Shown: positions 11,828 to 23,782, counted from the stretch's first letter. The stretch: DNA of 64,000 nucleotides from Takakia lepidozioides (GCA_030704615.1 CM060732.1:28582001-28646000); one strand, 5' to 3'. The notes: a model not told the origin generated them from the sequence alone. Program-made: numbers and translations.

Positions 11828-13495
11828 TCATGGATACCACTGTACCCCCTTCAACTTATTGGCATTGACTCTTCCCAGCATCTCTTTGTTAATGGTTTGT
11901 AACATGGCGGTGTTGTTATCATACATCTTCTGTATGACATAAGGTCCCTTCCATGGTGATTTAAGCTTAGAAGCTTTAATCTTCCCCTTCTTCTGCAACC
12001 AGAGAACCAAATCTCCCGTCTTAAAAGTCTTTAATTTGCCTTCATCAAACTGTTCCTTCCTCTTCATCTGAATTCTGGTCATGTTATCAGCTGCATCAGC
12101 ACGTACTTCTTCCACATGGTATAATTCATGTTTCCTGACCTTAATTGAATCTTCCAATTCCATTCTCTTTCCCCATTCAGTTCTCATGGTAGGTAACAAG
12201 AATTCCACTGGAAGTAAAGCTTCCATACCATAAACTAATTGGAATGGTGTATACTTAGTGGTGACTTTATATGAAGTCCTGTATGACCACAAAGCTGTCA
12301 GCAGCTTTGTATCCCAATCCGTTCTGTTTGCATTGACTATCTTAGCCAAGATAGTACATAGTATTTTGTTGGTAGCCTCTGCCTGCCCATTACCCTGTGG
12401 GTAATACGTTGTACTCTTCCTATGCACAATCATGAACTCTTTAGTCAATAGTTCAATGGTCTCATTAATGAAGTGACTTCCCTGGTCACTGATAAATTCC
12501 AAGGGACAGCCAAATCGTGTAAGTATGTTCTCATACAGGAACCTTGCTGTGGACTTGGCTGTGTTGTCCCTCAGAGCTTTAGCTTCCACCCACTTCGTAG
12601 TATAATCAGTGGCTGTAATTATGTACTTGTTCTGTGTATTCTTGGCCGGTGGGTTAATTGGTCCAACAAAGTCTAGTCCCCATTTCTGAAATGGTTCAGT
12701 AGGCATCGTAGGATGCAAAGCCATCTTCCCAGATCTCTGCAAAGGTCCTAGCCTCTGACATTCATCACAACTCTGACAATACTTGTGTACATCTTTGAAC
12801 AAAGTAGGCCACCAGTAACCTGCAAGTAGTATCTTCCTACTGGTAGTCTCTTCTCCAAAATGACCTCCAGCCACTCCTTTATGAACTTCCTCCAAAACTT
12901 TATTTACTTCATGGTGGTACAAGCATCGTTTAAGTACTCCATCAGGTCCTAGCTTATACATTCTGCCCCCTACCATAGTATAAGGTAAAGCCTTGATAGC
13001 GATTCTCTTCCTCTGCTCCTTACCATAACTAGGTGGGCACTGACCATGAGTAAGGTAGTATCTGATTGGCCACTGCCAATCTAACCATTCATCTGCACTT
13101 CCTTGCACCTCCATTGCAAATAAACTCGCATCAGGTAATTGGTCGTCTACTCCTGTGGCGGGCTCTCCTGTTGTTAGGCGTGACAAATGATCTGCCACAA
13201 GATGCAAACGGCCAGGCTTGTAAACAACTTCGAACTCAAACTCGTGCAAGATTATTAACCACCTTGCTATCCTTCCACTTATCAAAGGTTTGTTCACCAG
13301 ATATATCAGAGCCTGGTGATCCACATAAAACATAAACTTTCTTCCCAATAGGTAATGCCTGAATTTCTTGACTGCATAAATCATTGCCAGTGCTTCTCTT
13401 TCAGTTGTGCTATAGTTCCTTTCAGCACTGTTCATCAACCTGCTAGCATAGTACACAGGTGAATCTATATTTCCTGTAACATTTTGGGCTAACAT
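11828..13495 (-). CDS. Gypsy RNase H (N-terminally deleted) plus integrase
   Basis: YYASRLM..AERNYSTTEREALAM; zinc finger H..GH..C..CQ; KWGLDFVGP, ISDQGSHF, GQAEATNK (DDE); PWKGPY. Confidence 0.92.
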   Translation of the reverse strand: MLAQNVTGNIDSPVYYASRLMNSAERNYSTTEREALAMIYAVKKFRHYLLGRKFMFYVDHQALIYLVNKPLISGRIARWLIILHEFEFEVVYKPGRLHLVADHLSRLTTGEPATGVDDQLPDASLFAMEVQGSADEWLDWQWPIRYYLTHGQCPPSYGKEQRKRIAIKALPYTMVGGRMYKLGPDGVLKRCLYHHEVNKVLEEVHKGVAGGHFGEETTSRKILLAGYWWPTLFKDVHKYCQSCDECQRLGPLQRSGKMALHPTMPTEPFQKWGLDFVGPINPPAKNTQNKYIITATDYTTKWVEAKALRDNTAKSTARFLYENILTRFGCPLEFISDQGSHFINETIELLTKEFMIVHRKSTTYYPQGNGQAEATNKILCTILAKIVNANRTDWDTKLLTALWSYRTSYKVTTKYTPFQLVYGMEALLPVEFLLPTMRTEWGKRMELEDSIKVRKHELYHVEEVRADAADNMTRIQMKRKEQFDEGKLKTFKTGDLVLWLQKKGKIKASKLKSPWKGPYVIQKMYDNNTAMLQTINKEMLGRVNANKLKGVQWYP

Positions 13496-14351
13496 GCCAG
13501 TGAGGGTTAATCAGCACAGGTGTAGTTGTTACTGACAATGTAAGTTCCTCAAAAGCCTGTTGACATTCAGCTGTCCATGCAAACACTGCATCTTTCTTCA
13601 GAAGCTTGCTCAATGGTGCTGCTATCTGTGCATACCTTTTGACAAATCTTCTGTAATAACTGGTTTGTCCAAGGAATCTCCTTAGACTCTTAACATTTAC
13701 TGGTGGTGGAGAGGCTTTAATGGCCTCTGTCTTCCTGGGATCCACAAGAAGTCCCCTCTTACACACAATGTGTCCCAAAAGCACCCCTGAGTTCACACAG
13801 AAAGTACACTTCTCTGGATTCAGGCCCAGACCTCTCATCCTGCATCTGGCCAAACATAACTCCAATTTATGCAAGTGCTCATTCTTAGAGCTGTACACAC
13901 TGAAATCATCCAAGAACACCTGCATGAAATCATCCAGATACTCATGAAAAGATTCACTTATCACTCTCTGAAAGGTTGCTGGTGCATTACAAAGTCCAAA
14001 AGGCATGACTTTGTATGCATAAGCACCCCAGTCTGTGATGAAAGCTGTCTTTCCCTGGTCTTCTTCTGCCACTTGCACTTGATTATAACCACTGAAGCCA
14101 TCCATGAATGAGTACATCTCATGGCCTGCCACAGTGTCCAATACCGCTTCTGTGAATGGCAAAGGGAAATGATCTTTCTTCGTGCAAGCATTCAACTTCT
14201 TATAGTTCACACAAACTCTCAGTTTACCATTCTTCTTGGGAACTATCACAATGGGTGACAACCAAGTTGTATACTCTATCGGGTATATAAACTTAGCCTC
14301 AGCCAACTTCTTGATCTCTTCTCCAACCTTCTGTGCATAGTTGGGATTCAT
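13496..14351 (-). CDS. Gypsy reverse transcriptase
   Basis: WLSPIVIVPKKNGKLRVCV, MPFGLCNAPATFQR, FLDDF. Confidence 0.95.
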
Positions 14352-14430
14352 TCTGTACCTTGCCTGTTTGATTGGTACTGCCCTGGTTCCAGTTCAATCT
14401 TATGCTGACAGATCTCAGGTGGTATCCCTT

Positions 14431-15426
14431 TTAGATCCTCGTAGCTCCAAGCAAATACATCTCTGTATTTGATGAACAAACTCTTAGCTTCCTCAAAGAA
14501 TTTGGCTCCAAATCAGCCCCTACCTTCACCATCCTCGGTTCCTCTTCAGTTCCCACATTCACTTCTCTCACCTGCTCATCAGCTGTGATTGTCCAACCAG
14601 TCACCACTTCATCCTGTAAACTCACAGTGGCTGGTTCCTCTAGGATTTCCATTTCTCCTTCTCTTTCTTCATAGAAATGTGGTGGGTAACTGCTTGTTTC
14701 ACCTTCAATTGGTGTTGCTGTCACTACACCACAGCAGATACCTTTTAAACAACTTAGGCCTTCCAGCTGCATCTCTGCAACCTGCTCCCACTCTGGGTGT
14801 GCAGCGAACAGGGTAGCTTCCTGCTCCTCATTCAGTCCTCCCCTCCAGTCATACTCCCTGACCCCTCGAGGTCTTCTCGTAGCAGGTAATCTACTAGATT
14901 TCTTAGTGGTAATTTGTATCTTGTGCATCCCATTATGCACAGTTAGTAACTGGGAATTCCAGTCATGGAATACCCTGGCCTGTTTCAGCCACGGACGTCC
15001 CAACAATAAGGAGTAAGCTTCCATGACTTCATCCATTTTCAATACAGTTACTGTGATCATAAAGATCATCTTAATCTGTATCTTAACTCCTCTTATCAAT
15101 CCCAATGGCTGTACACTTCTTTGATCTGCCATTGTTACTGTAAACGGGGCTGGTTTCATGTTACTTAGACCAAGCTTCTGCCTTAATTGGTCTGTCATGA
15201 TATTCACTCTAGAGCCTCCATCTATCAGTACATCAGTTAGTTCTGTGCTTCCAATTCTCAATTGGATTACTGGCATAGAATCATCAAAGTCCATGACTGT
15301 TTCTCGCCCTTCCGGCTTCACATTATAACTGGTCACCTTGCTGTTCAGGTCTGTGTTCCCTGTCACATGGGCAATTCGATTGATTGCTTGATACAGCCTG
15401 TGTCTACAATAAGGTGCCACAGCCAA
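14431..15426 (-). CDS. Gypsy aspartic protease region
   Basis: VLIDGGSRVNIM active site and YSLLLGRPWL. Confidence 0.9.
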   Translation of the reverse strand: MAVAPYCRHRLYQAINRIAHVTGNTDLNSKVTSYNVKPEGRETVMDFDDSMPVIQLRIGSTELTDVLIDGGSRVNIMTDQLRQKLGLSNMKPAPFTVTMADQRSVQPLGLIRGVKIQIKMIFMITVTVLKMDEVMEAYSLLLGRPWLKQARVFHDWNSQLLTVHNGMHKIQITTKKSSRLPATRRPRGVREYDWRGGLNEEQEATLFAAHPEWEQVAEMQLEGLSCLKGICCGVVTATPIEGETSSYPPHFYEEREGEMEILEEPATVSLQDEVVTGWTITADEQVREVNVGTEEEPRMVKVGADLEPNSLRKLRVCSSNTEMYLLGATRI

Positions 15427-15429
15427 TAG

Positions 15430-17778
15430 CTATCCAATGGTAATCTCCGCTTTGGACTGGCATATTACTTCAGCCAAAGTCCCTTCATTACTCTGCATGT
15501 CTGCAGTTTCTTTCTTCCCTTCGTCCTCACTCACTTCCTCTTCTCTTTCAGAATCAGAGGAATCTGCCATAGGAATATCAGTACTCTTCTGCATTTCCCT
15601 TATGGTATCTGCCACTTCTTTGTGCAGTTCCTTCTCATCTCTCCAACCCTCATCATCTTCAGGCACATCACTGTCATCTTCATTATCATCATCTTCCTCA
15701 TCTACTGGAGGTATTAGTTTGGCTTTGCTTCTCGTTACTATCATTGTACTTACTTCTGGTACAACACATGGCCTAACCATGTGAGCTGCCACCACTGGCC
15801 CCTCATTCACAGGAGCTCTCATCTCATTCTGGTGTCTGATCCAGAATGGACAGGCTGCCTTGCGATGGCCTGCCTGATTACAATAGTAATACAGTTCTTC
15901 CCCATTAGGTCCTCGCCCTTGGTCTGTTCTGGAATTGTTTCTGTAATCTTGATTCCCTGGCTGGTAATTCCCCCTTGGATTACCCTGATAGTTGCCTCTG
16001 GAATTTCCTTGGTAATTCCCTCTTGAATTACCTTTCCCTTCCATGCCATTGTTATAACCACCAGGCCTACCATAGTGGTCCTGATCACTGTTTCTTCTTG
16101 GCTGGGGTTGCACTTGATGCACCCTTACTTGCCTAGGTTCTCTAGCTGCTGCCCTTCTGTTGTAGTAACAATTCTCAGTAGAATGGTTATCCATTTTACA
16201 GATAGTACGGTGTTTCTCCTTCATGTGGCATTCAGTGGTGGTATGGCCTTCATTCTGGCACTTTGCACACCAAACACCCTTCCTCCAATGTGTTGCAGCC
16301 TCTGTGGCATACTTCTTCAAGATTTCTTCTAATCTTTTCTCATAGCTATCCCTCTTCAACTTCTCCTTTCTCTTACTCTTCCTTTTCAGCTCTTGCTCTT
16401 CTTCCTCATCCTCAGAGTCCTCATCATCCCTTTTCTCTCTCCTGAGCATTCCCAATTGCTCAATTCTGTTCGCTGTTTCAAATGCCTCCTCCACTGTATT
16501 ATGGGGTAACATATCCACTTTCTTGTGCAACTCTGGTCTTAGTCCACTCACAAACCAAGTCTTCTGTAAACCTTGTGCTGGTACAACAGCCAACTTTTTC
16601 ATCATCAATTCCATTTTTTCCATATACTCCTCAACAGTTTCATGCTTCTTTTGCTTTAACTGTTGTAAACTTCCATACACTTCATCCTTACTTTTACTTG
16701 TCCTGAATCTATTTCGGAATGTTGTATTCAAGCCATTCCAGGTTAGGAAATGATTATCAGGGAATCTTGCATACCATTCACTTGCTTTCTTGATAAGTGA
16801 ACAAGGAAACAATCTCATCTTGGCATCATCGCCGTTCTCATTGTTCACAATACACATGTGCTCAAATTGGCTAATGTGTACATCATGATCCCCTTTTCCT
16901 GAATATATTGGAAAAGGTGGTTTTGCCCGTGTTGGTTGTAACGCCATCTGTGGCCCTACCTTCTGCTCACTGACAGATGTTGGCCCCCTTGTTGGTGCTG
17001 GTCCTTGAGGACCTGTTGTAGTTGTGGTGGATCTTCCACCCAGTGGTGGCCCCTGAGCACTCCCTGCTACTGGCCCCACGATATTCACAGTATTCCTAGC
17101 TCCAGTTGCACTACTTCCCACACTCCCTGTCCCCCCAGAGCCAGATCCAGGCTGCCCGCCTGATCCCCCTGAGCCGACACCTTCGTTGGCCTGTGATCCA
17201 AGTGCTCCACTTGATCCAGGTCCAACGGGTTGGGATGTCCTGGTTGTAGTCTCAACCTCAGCTGTTGGGTCTACTTCTTCATACTCTTCCTCTTCCAATT
17301 TCTTCTCTCTGTTTTCATCCTCCAAGTTCTGCCCTTGGGTTTCTTCTTCACTCTTGTAACTCAACTGTAATGGTGTTGGAGAGTCTCAACTCTCCGTTGG
17401 CTTTGCCACATCCTCTCCTCCTTCTTCACCTTCCGTTTCAGAAACTGGAGTTCTTGCTTTTGGTGTTCCATGCCAACTCTTATCAAAGATTTCTGTCAAA
17501 TCTTTTATCCAGGGATGTACCTCATATCTTTCACCTCGTGGTTGATCTTCTTCCCATACCAATTCCCTTAATATTTCTTGCAAAGAAAAAGAAGGAGTGG
17601 CATCCAACTCTAGTTCTTCCGGTATGGGTGATGTACTCTCTGATCTTAATGGTGTGAGAGGTCCAGATGATTCCCCTATGTCTATTCCTCTCTCCCAAAG
17701 ATATGGATAATTAGCTTTCAGATAACTTTATCTTTTTGCTGAATATCTCTGGAGTCTAGCTTCTCTTTTGTCACTCAT
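15430..17778 (-). CDS. Gypsy gag (main ORF 15430-17364; likely original ATG at 17778 with upstream lesions)
   Basis: Retrotransposon gag core (LFPCSL..ASEWY..W..L...F, LKQKKHETVEEY) and CCHC knuckles CAKCQNEGHTTTEC and (Y)YYCNQAGHRKAAC. An in-frame TAG separates it from the protease frame. Confidence 0.9.
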
Positions 17779-17798
17779 GTCCCATGTCTTTCATTTCT

Positions 17799-18386
17799 TT
17801 AATGTGGCAATAACCAAAAGTCTCTTCTGTAGTATCTCTCATATATGCCTGGGTTTCTTTCAAGCTTCAATGCACCCTTGGCTATACTAGAAGTCTCCGT
17901 TACCATATAACCATATGGCAAACAAGTCTGGAAAGCTGTTCTTGGTGTGAGTTTGATCCACAAAATATCCTTTGGAATCCAATTCTTTACCAGTACAAGC
18001 TCTTCATGCATATGAGTATAAACATTCACCTTCTTTTCCTCCCAGCCTTCAAACTCTACTCGCTTAATGGATAGCAATGCTATCACATAAACCAGTGTTG
18101 GTAACCAACGTGCTCTTCCTCTACAGGCCACCTGATAAATCTTTATCACCCATTTCTCCAGACCCCACTCAAGGTCAGTATCATGCACTCTCTTAAGAAT
18201 GTTTTCTTTACAACCGTCTGGCAATTCCAAGAACCTCTGAAAGAATTGTTTGGACAATCTTTCCTTCTCAGTTTCACAGGGAATTTGATTCACATCAAAT
18301 TCTTTAATTCTCCAACCACCATGATCCCACCAGATGCTTGTCACATCTGGTTGTTCATGACCCAGTTCCCTAATATGGTCGCCAAA
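17799..18386 (-). CDS. Extra 5' ORF between PBS and gag, unknown function
   Basis: About 195 open codons inside the element (ORF 17799-18494 begins in the LTR). Composition is globular-looking, but no recognised domain. Confidence 0.45.
   Translation of the reverse strand, partial: FGDHIRELGHEQPDVTSIWWDHGGWRIKEFDVNQIPCETEKERLSKQFFQRFLELPDGCKENILKRVHDTDLEWGLEKWVIKIYQVACRGRARWLPTLVYVIALLSIKRVEFEGWEEKKVNVYTHMHEELVLVKNWIPKDILWIKLTPRTAFQTCLPYGYMVTETSSIAKGALKLERNPGIYERYYRRDFWLLPH
18376..18384 (-). other. Primer-binding site (TGGCGACCA, possibly tRNA-Arg)
   Basis: Starts 2 nt after the 5' LTR with TGG. The tRNA assignment is tentative. Confidence 0.6.
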
Positions 18387-18768
18387 TGTCGAGCGGCTTT
18401 TACTCACCCATCCCTTCGCTATCCGAGGTGGAAACTCCAAGATAGAAGAGTTGGATATCTCTAAGCACTCAGCCCGCTCAGAACAATCAGTCATGACCTG
18501 CAGCTAGTGAATCATGGTTGTGCTTCTTATTTGTATTCCTTCTTGCCTTCATGTTATCAATTTACCTTACCGTGTATACTGAAGGATCAGATTGCTTCAG
18601 TATCTATTAAGTTCCAGTTAATCATGCATTCATTCCACAGCTTCACTCATGTCACTCTACACAGTGTGTTTGTATCGAATAAGTATCAGATTATGATTTA
18701 TCAAGTATCAGGCCAATGCCATGGTGACTCTAATCTGCCCTACCGTATCACTATAGCTCTGCAGGTAA

Positions 18769-21700
18769 CACTAGAAGCATTCGTGTCATTTACCACTGGG
18801 GTAACAACTCATTTTGAGTCGTAAAAGTCAAAAAACTGGGATCGACTGGAAGTTACAACAGACTAGTTACAACAGACGTGGTAGTTGGGTTGGACATCCA
18901 ATGATTGGAGTGGTAAAGGACGCAGACGTGCGAACAACTGCTCAGCGATTAATGCGATTAATGCTGAAGAACCACGTGGCGTAACCAGGCCGGCCGCCCG
19001 TGTGTCTGACCTTTTGGGCTGACTTTGACTTTTCCCTCCGGATGAGTGGACCGACTCACTGAAGCGTGGTGAAACATGGACGCGGACGTGGACGAGGATG
19101 TGGATGCCGACGTGGCGGCGCCACGACGAGCACCACTGCTGCCACGTGGCCACGGGCCCGGGGCGCCACGTGGTAGTGGACCACATAACTTGCAGTGCTA
19201 CATGCCCAGTGGCAATTGCGACTGCGGAAGTTGGCGCAACCACTGCCTTACTACTTTACATGAAGTGCTCGAAATTACTTGAACAATCAGTCATTCGAAA
19301 GCACCACGGGAGATGAAGGAAAAGACACCTGCAGGGACGTTGAAGCATAAAAGAGGAGAGCACTTCACTTGGGAAGAAAGTGAAGCATTGGAGAACGAGG
19401 CTGATGACTGGCAGTCTGAAAAGGAAAGGCGGTTGTGGGAAACCCTGCCAAGACCCAAGACAACCATATAGAGAGAATCAAGTAGGTGGGAACTGCCCTT
19501 CATTGGGGTGGTGCAAACAAGAGCAAGACCAGAAGCTGAACCACATGAGAAGATAGTGTGTCATCACAGATGGAGACCCTGGAAAATGCTCTGCCCAGGA
19601 GATGAAGAACATTAGGCAACTAGAAATGTGGGGGGCTGAATATGCTCTGCAGTCAACTTGGCTTGTTGAATGCTTGCATAAGAGATGAGGGGTTGTTGTC
19701 AGTACACGGCATTGAGTTCATCAAATCCTACAACAGCCCACCATCGCTGCCCACTGCTTACAAACTGCCACAAAAACAGTTCCACAGGACTTACAGATGA
19801 TTGGTGGAAGGCAAGGCCCCTCGCCATGGGCCAGATTAATTGTATGTTGCAGCCCAGAACAACAACGGGAAGTCATCTAGGGCAGCAAACCCCATGTTGG
19901 CAGCGTCTTTTGTGTGAGAGAAGTCAAGCTGAACCTGCTCATCATATCGAGTGGGATGGACCAGATGTAAAGCTGCCAAGCCAACCACACTCATATTCGC
20001 ACTCAAGCAACATAAGCTGGAGCCATTTTCAGATTATGAGTACCCGTGTTTTAAGAATACTCCTTCTTCAACTTGCGGTGAACGGGCAGAAAACTTCACA
20101 ATGTGCAGCAGATTAATGGACCAAGATGCGGAGCTGAATTGGGTATCCAGTTAGGCAATGCTGGTTTCAAAACCCCGTTCCATCCCTGCGTTTTGAAGAT
20201 CTGGCTTGAATGGGCACACTCCGGTAGTGGAAGGCTCACGGAGTAATGAGTTTGGGCTGATATGCATGCTGACATGCCATGCCGGTGCAAAGAACAACGT
20301 TCTGAGTGGCGATTGTGATCTCAAAATCTGCCCCTGCATTCAAGCTGATTTCTCTCTCGAGCAGAGCCGCCTTGTGGATGTTCCAGCCAATGTCCAAAAA
20401 CAGCTCAAGTGCAAGACAACAACATCAGCAAGGCATGGTTAGCTAAGCAAGGTAATGGTGGAGAGGCATTTGAACTCTCTGAACGTAATGTGGTCGGACT
20501 TCACCCCCTCCCACATCAACTGCTCAAGGTCTCCAAAACCTGCAATCCCCGCCCCTGTTGTGCATGTCCTGCGATCATCACTTTCCACGACACCACATTT
20601 CGCTCAGCCATATTGTTGAACACTCCCTATCTAGAAGGGTATTCATGTTCAGAATGACATCTACCACAATCCCAGCTTTGACAATGCAACCATGGACCTC
20701 TTTGCCCTTCTCCAACAGGCTCGCACATGCACTACAAACACAAACAAACGTAATGTGCTCGGGCTTCACCCCCTAGACCCACATCATTTGCTCATAGGTC
20801 TCCAAAACCCGCAATCCCCGCCCATGTTGTGCATGTCCTGCGATCATCACGTTCCACCGCACCACATTTCGCTCAGCCATATTGTTAAACACTCCTTGTC
20901 CACAAGGGAATGCTCCCACGTTTGGCATACATGTTGACAAGGTATTGTTACATCTGGTACAGTTCCAGCTTTGACAATGTCACGATGGACCTCTTTGCCC
21001 TTTACCAAGTCTCCAGGGCTGCCAGGTTTGCACATGCATTGCAAACACAAATGAACGTGACCCGGTCAGGCTGCACCTCTTCTCAACATTTGCTAATATG
21101 TCTCCAATGCCCTCATCCCGCACACATGCTGGCCATATCTTGCGAGATTCAGCGTGTTCCTTGAGACAACATCTTGTTCAGCCATGTTATCAAACTCTCC
21201 CTTCGCAACTTCATAGGTCTCCAAAGCCTCCATCCCACGTCCCTGCTGTGCATACCCTGCAAGCATCGCACTCCACGACACTACATCTCGGCAAAACAGG
21301 CTGAAATATCTCGAAGAAGAAGGTGCCCTCACCACATTGTCCTCTACCTTGTGTCATGACCCATTGCGGATTAGACTGACCATGAACCCAAGAAGACCTC
21401 TTGTGCGTGCTGCTTGTATCTCTAGTCAGGTAATGTGGGATTGGTTCGTAAGAACCACCACGGTGCAGCTGAGCGGGCAGAGATTAAAATATGGGTTGCC
21501 AAGACCAAGCTGATTCCCCCAAGAACCTTGTGATCATCAGGAAGAATACCAAATCATGGTACAAAGGGGAGCCAAGAGCCCACATTTGCACATAATGCGC
21601 CCTTGACGCCATAAACGCTTGCAACAACAAGACATGGGGCCTCGATTTGGTCTTCGTCCTTCTCGCATCACTTGTTCGTCTCTCTCTCAAGCCTCCATCC

Positions 21701-22148
21701 CTCTCCCAACACTTAGACAAATTCAGGCAAAGGACAAAGTTACTCTTCCACCCTTAGATCATTTTACATCCGACGATTAGAACAATCTCTACGAGCCACA
21801 CAAGCCCTAAAATACATTAAAATATTCCACGTCATGAGCCATGTGGAGCACTTATAAAAATTCCATTTTTGAATAGGGTGTGCAATGAATGCCTAGTTGT
21901 TAAGAGTCGTTCTCTAGTGCTTAAAACCACTTGTAATTGCTGTTTTAAAAAAAAAACAATTTACGTAATTGAATTAAATCGCCGCGAATATTGTGCCGAC
22001 TGCGGAGTCATTGATGCAACTTCTCTCCGCCATTAGAAATATGAATTTATCCGTTACGACTGTGCAGTAGTAACAAACATCTCAAAGTTGTTCCCTTAGT
22101 GGTTTTGGACATGCAGTCGATTCGGAAAAGACACGAATGCTTCTAGTG
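18769..22148. mobile_element. Non-autonomous Pack-CACTA element (3,380 bp) carrying gene fragments
   Basis: Perfect 19-bp TIR CACTAGAAGCATTCGTGTC / GACACGAATGCTTCTAGTG. 3-bp TSD TAA (18766-18768 and 22149-22151). The empty site is visible in the 3' LTR. No transposase. Confidence 0.95.
20430..21480 (-). pseudogene. Captured PLS-PPR fragments with a PDF-motif remnant inside the CACTA
   Basis: RDVVSWSAMLAGYAQQGRGMEALETYE and KPEHITFVCVCSACASLLEKGKEVHG. Upstream WVHGQSNPQWV at about 21360-21395. Many frameshifts. Confidence 0.85.
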
Positions 22149-22387
22149 TAATCAGCATCTAGTGTTCATCTTTCCTCCTTCTTGCTCCCCGCCATCTCCT
22201 CTCCTGCATGACCCAGAAGCGCTCCCCATGAAGTGTGTCCCCTTCTTTCCGTTGCCGCTCTCTTTATCTGCCCGCAAGTTGTTCTAACCACCTAACTAAT
22301 TAACCGTCATCCCTGAAGTAACACGTTCCTTCTGCAGATGTCGTTCCCTCACAGTCGTTCCCTGTCAATGATAACTGTTCCTCATGT

Positions 22388-22612
22388 ACTGTGACAGGCT
22401 GTGTCAAGCTATGCCGAGCTGTGACTGGCTGTGTAAGGCTGTGTCGGCTGTGTTGGGCTATGACTGGCTGTGTTGGGCTGTGTCGGGCTGTGTTGGCTGT
22501 GACGAGCTGTGCAAAACTGTGGCGGCTGTGACTGGCTGTGACGGGCTGTGCGAAGCTGTGGCGGCTGTGACTGGCTGTGACGGGCTGTGCGAAGCTGTGT
22601 CGGGTTGTGTAA
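22388..22612. repeat. 10-bp GCTGTG array in the 5' LTR (longer allele)
   Basis: 78 bp longer than the 3' LTR copy. Confidence 0.9.
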
Positions 22613-22735
22613 CCCCCCTAAAGCCTGTTGCTGCCACCCCTAAGGCTCCTGTTGGTCTCACTCTGCGCAAAAATTAAGGGTACCCCACAGAACCCGTAAA
22701 AGCGTCTAAGTTCCAAGCAGCCCTCTAACAGGCTT

Positions 22736-23260
22736 CAGATGACCCATTAAAAAATCATCCTTGTATGGATCTACGAGTGCTTCATATTTAGGGAGAAAGA
22801 TGACCAGAAGATTGAGATAAGACTTGTACATGTTGTTAACTCTGTCAATAAGCAGGGTATTAGACCTGTAGGCCCTCGAGCCCGGGTCCACGAACATGTC
22901 ATAAAGTCATTTAAGACATATGGTGGTCCTGGGAGCCTTAGGCCATGAGTCGTTGAATGTCAGTTCTCGCTACTTTTAGTTTGACCTTGTGGGCGTTCTT
23001 CCCGAACAAGGCTGATTTGAAATGTATGACAGTCTCTTCTGTTCCAGTGTTCCAAAGGATGATGATGAACTTCTTGACGACCCAATTGAGGAAGTCTTCC
23101 AGCCCATGCCGCATCGCTAGCTTTAATCTTACAGCGGGCTGTGGAGATACAAGGCTGCGTTGTAGGAGGTATTTTTGGCCCATTCTAGAGGTACACCTCA
23201 CATAGAAACCCGACGTCCAGAACCAAGACATAATAATTTGGCCGACATCCATTTGGATCC
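22736..23260 (-). pseudogene. N-terminal part of FCP1-like domain copy 2
   Basis: VLVLDVGFLC, MRHGLEDFLNWVVKKFIIILWNTG and NTLLID motifs across frameshifts. Confidence 0.6.
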
Positions 23261-23782
23261 ATTGGAAGAGCTAAGAAATCCTCAGGATTCACAGCTTGGG
23301 AAAAGTCGTGTGGTGGGTAAATCATATCATTCTGCCCATTAGAAAACAATTAATTATTATGAAGAATTTTCATAATCCAAAGCATGAAGGAGCGGAGGTG
23401 GGGGGAGAATGTTGTACCAGCTTTGGCGGCACTTGTTGCGTTGCTGATGAGTGTTGCCCGCCATCTGTTTTCCGCCGTCGGGCATCTATGGCTCCACACC
23501 TCCCCAAAGTAACCTCGAGTGATCACCCGAGATTCTTGATACTTCCATGGTGGGGGATGTAATCCTCATAGTCAAGTCAGATTATTTCTACAACGATAGA
23601 AGTTCTGTGTTTATTGTGCTTGAATGTGTCATTTCCTCCGCATTAGACTCATGTATCTACACAAAAATGTAATCTACTAGTCCTTCACGAATATATAGAT
23701 TCAGTAATGAGACTTTTAAAAGAAACACATATTCTTCAGTTGATGAATGAACAAATTGTGATGTGACATAGTTTGCAGAGGT

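Larger units (their letters stand above)
6363..22730 (-). mobile_element. Full-length Ty3/Gypsy LTR retrotransposon, non-chromovirus (Athila/Tat-related), disabled
   Basis: Two near-identical TG...CA LTRs. 5-bp TSD GGCTT (6358-6362 and 22731-22735). PBS and PPT present. Domain order gag-PR-RT-RH-INT on the minus strand. RT motifs KDHFPLPF and FMDGFSGYNQ. No chromodomain after INT. Confidence 0.97.
18387..22730 (-). repeat. 5' LTR, interrupted by a CACTA insertion
   Basis: 18387-18768 and 22152-22730 align contiguously to 6363-7235. Confidence 0.95.

Noticed and set aside
15427-15432. Programmed stop-codon readthrough between gag and pol
   Set aside because: The context ITIG*LL fits a CAG-to-TAG mutation, and the element has other disabling lesions.
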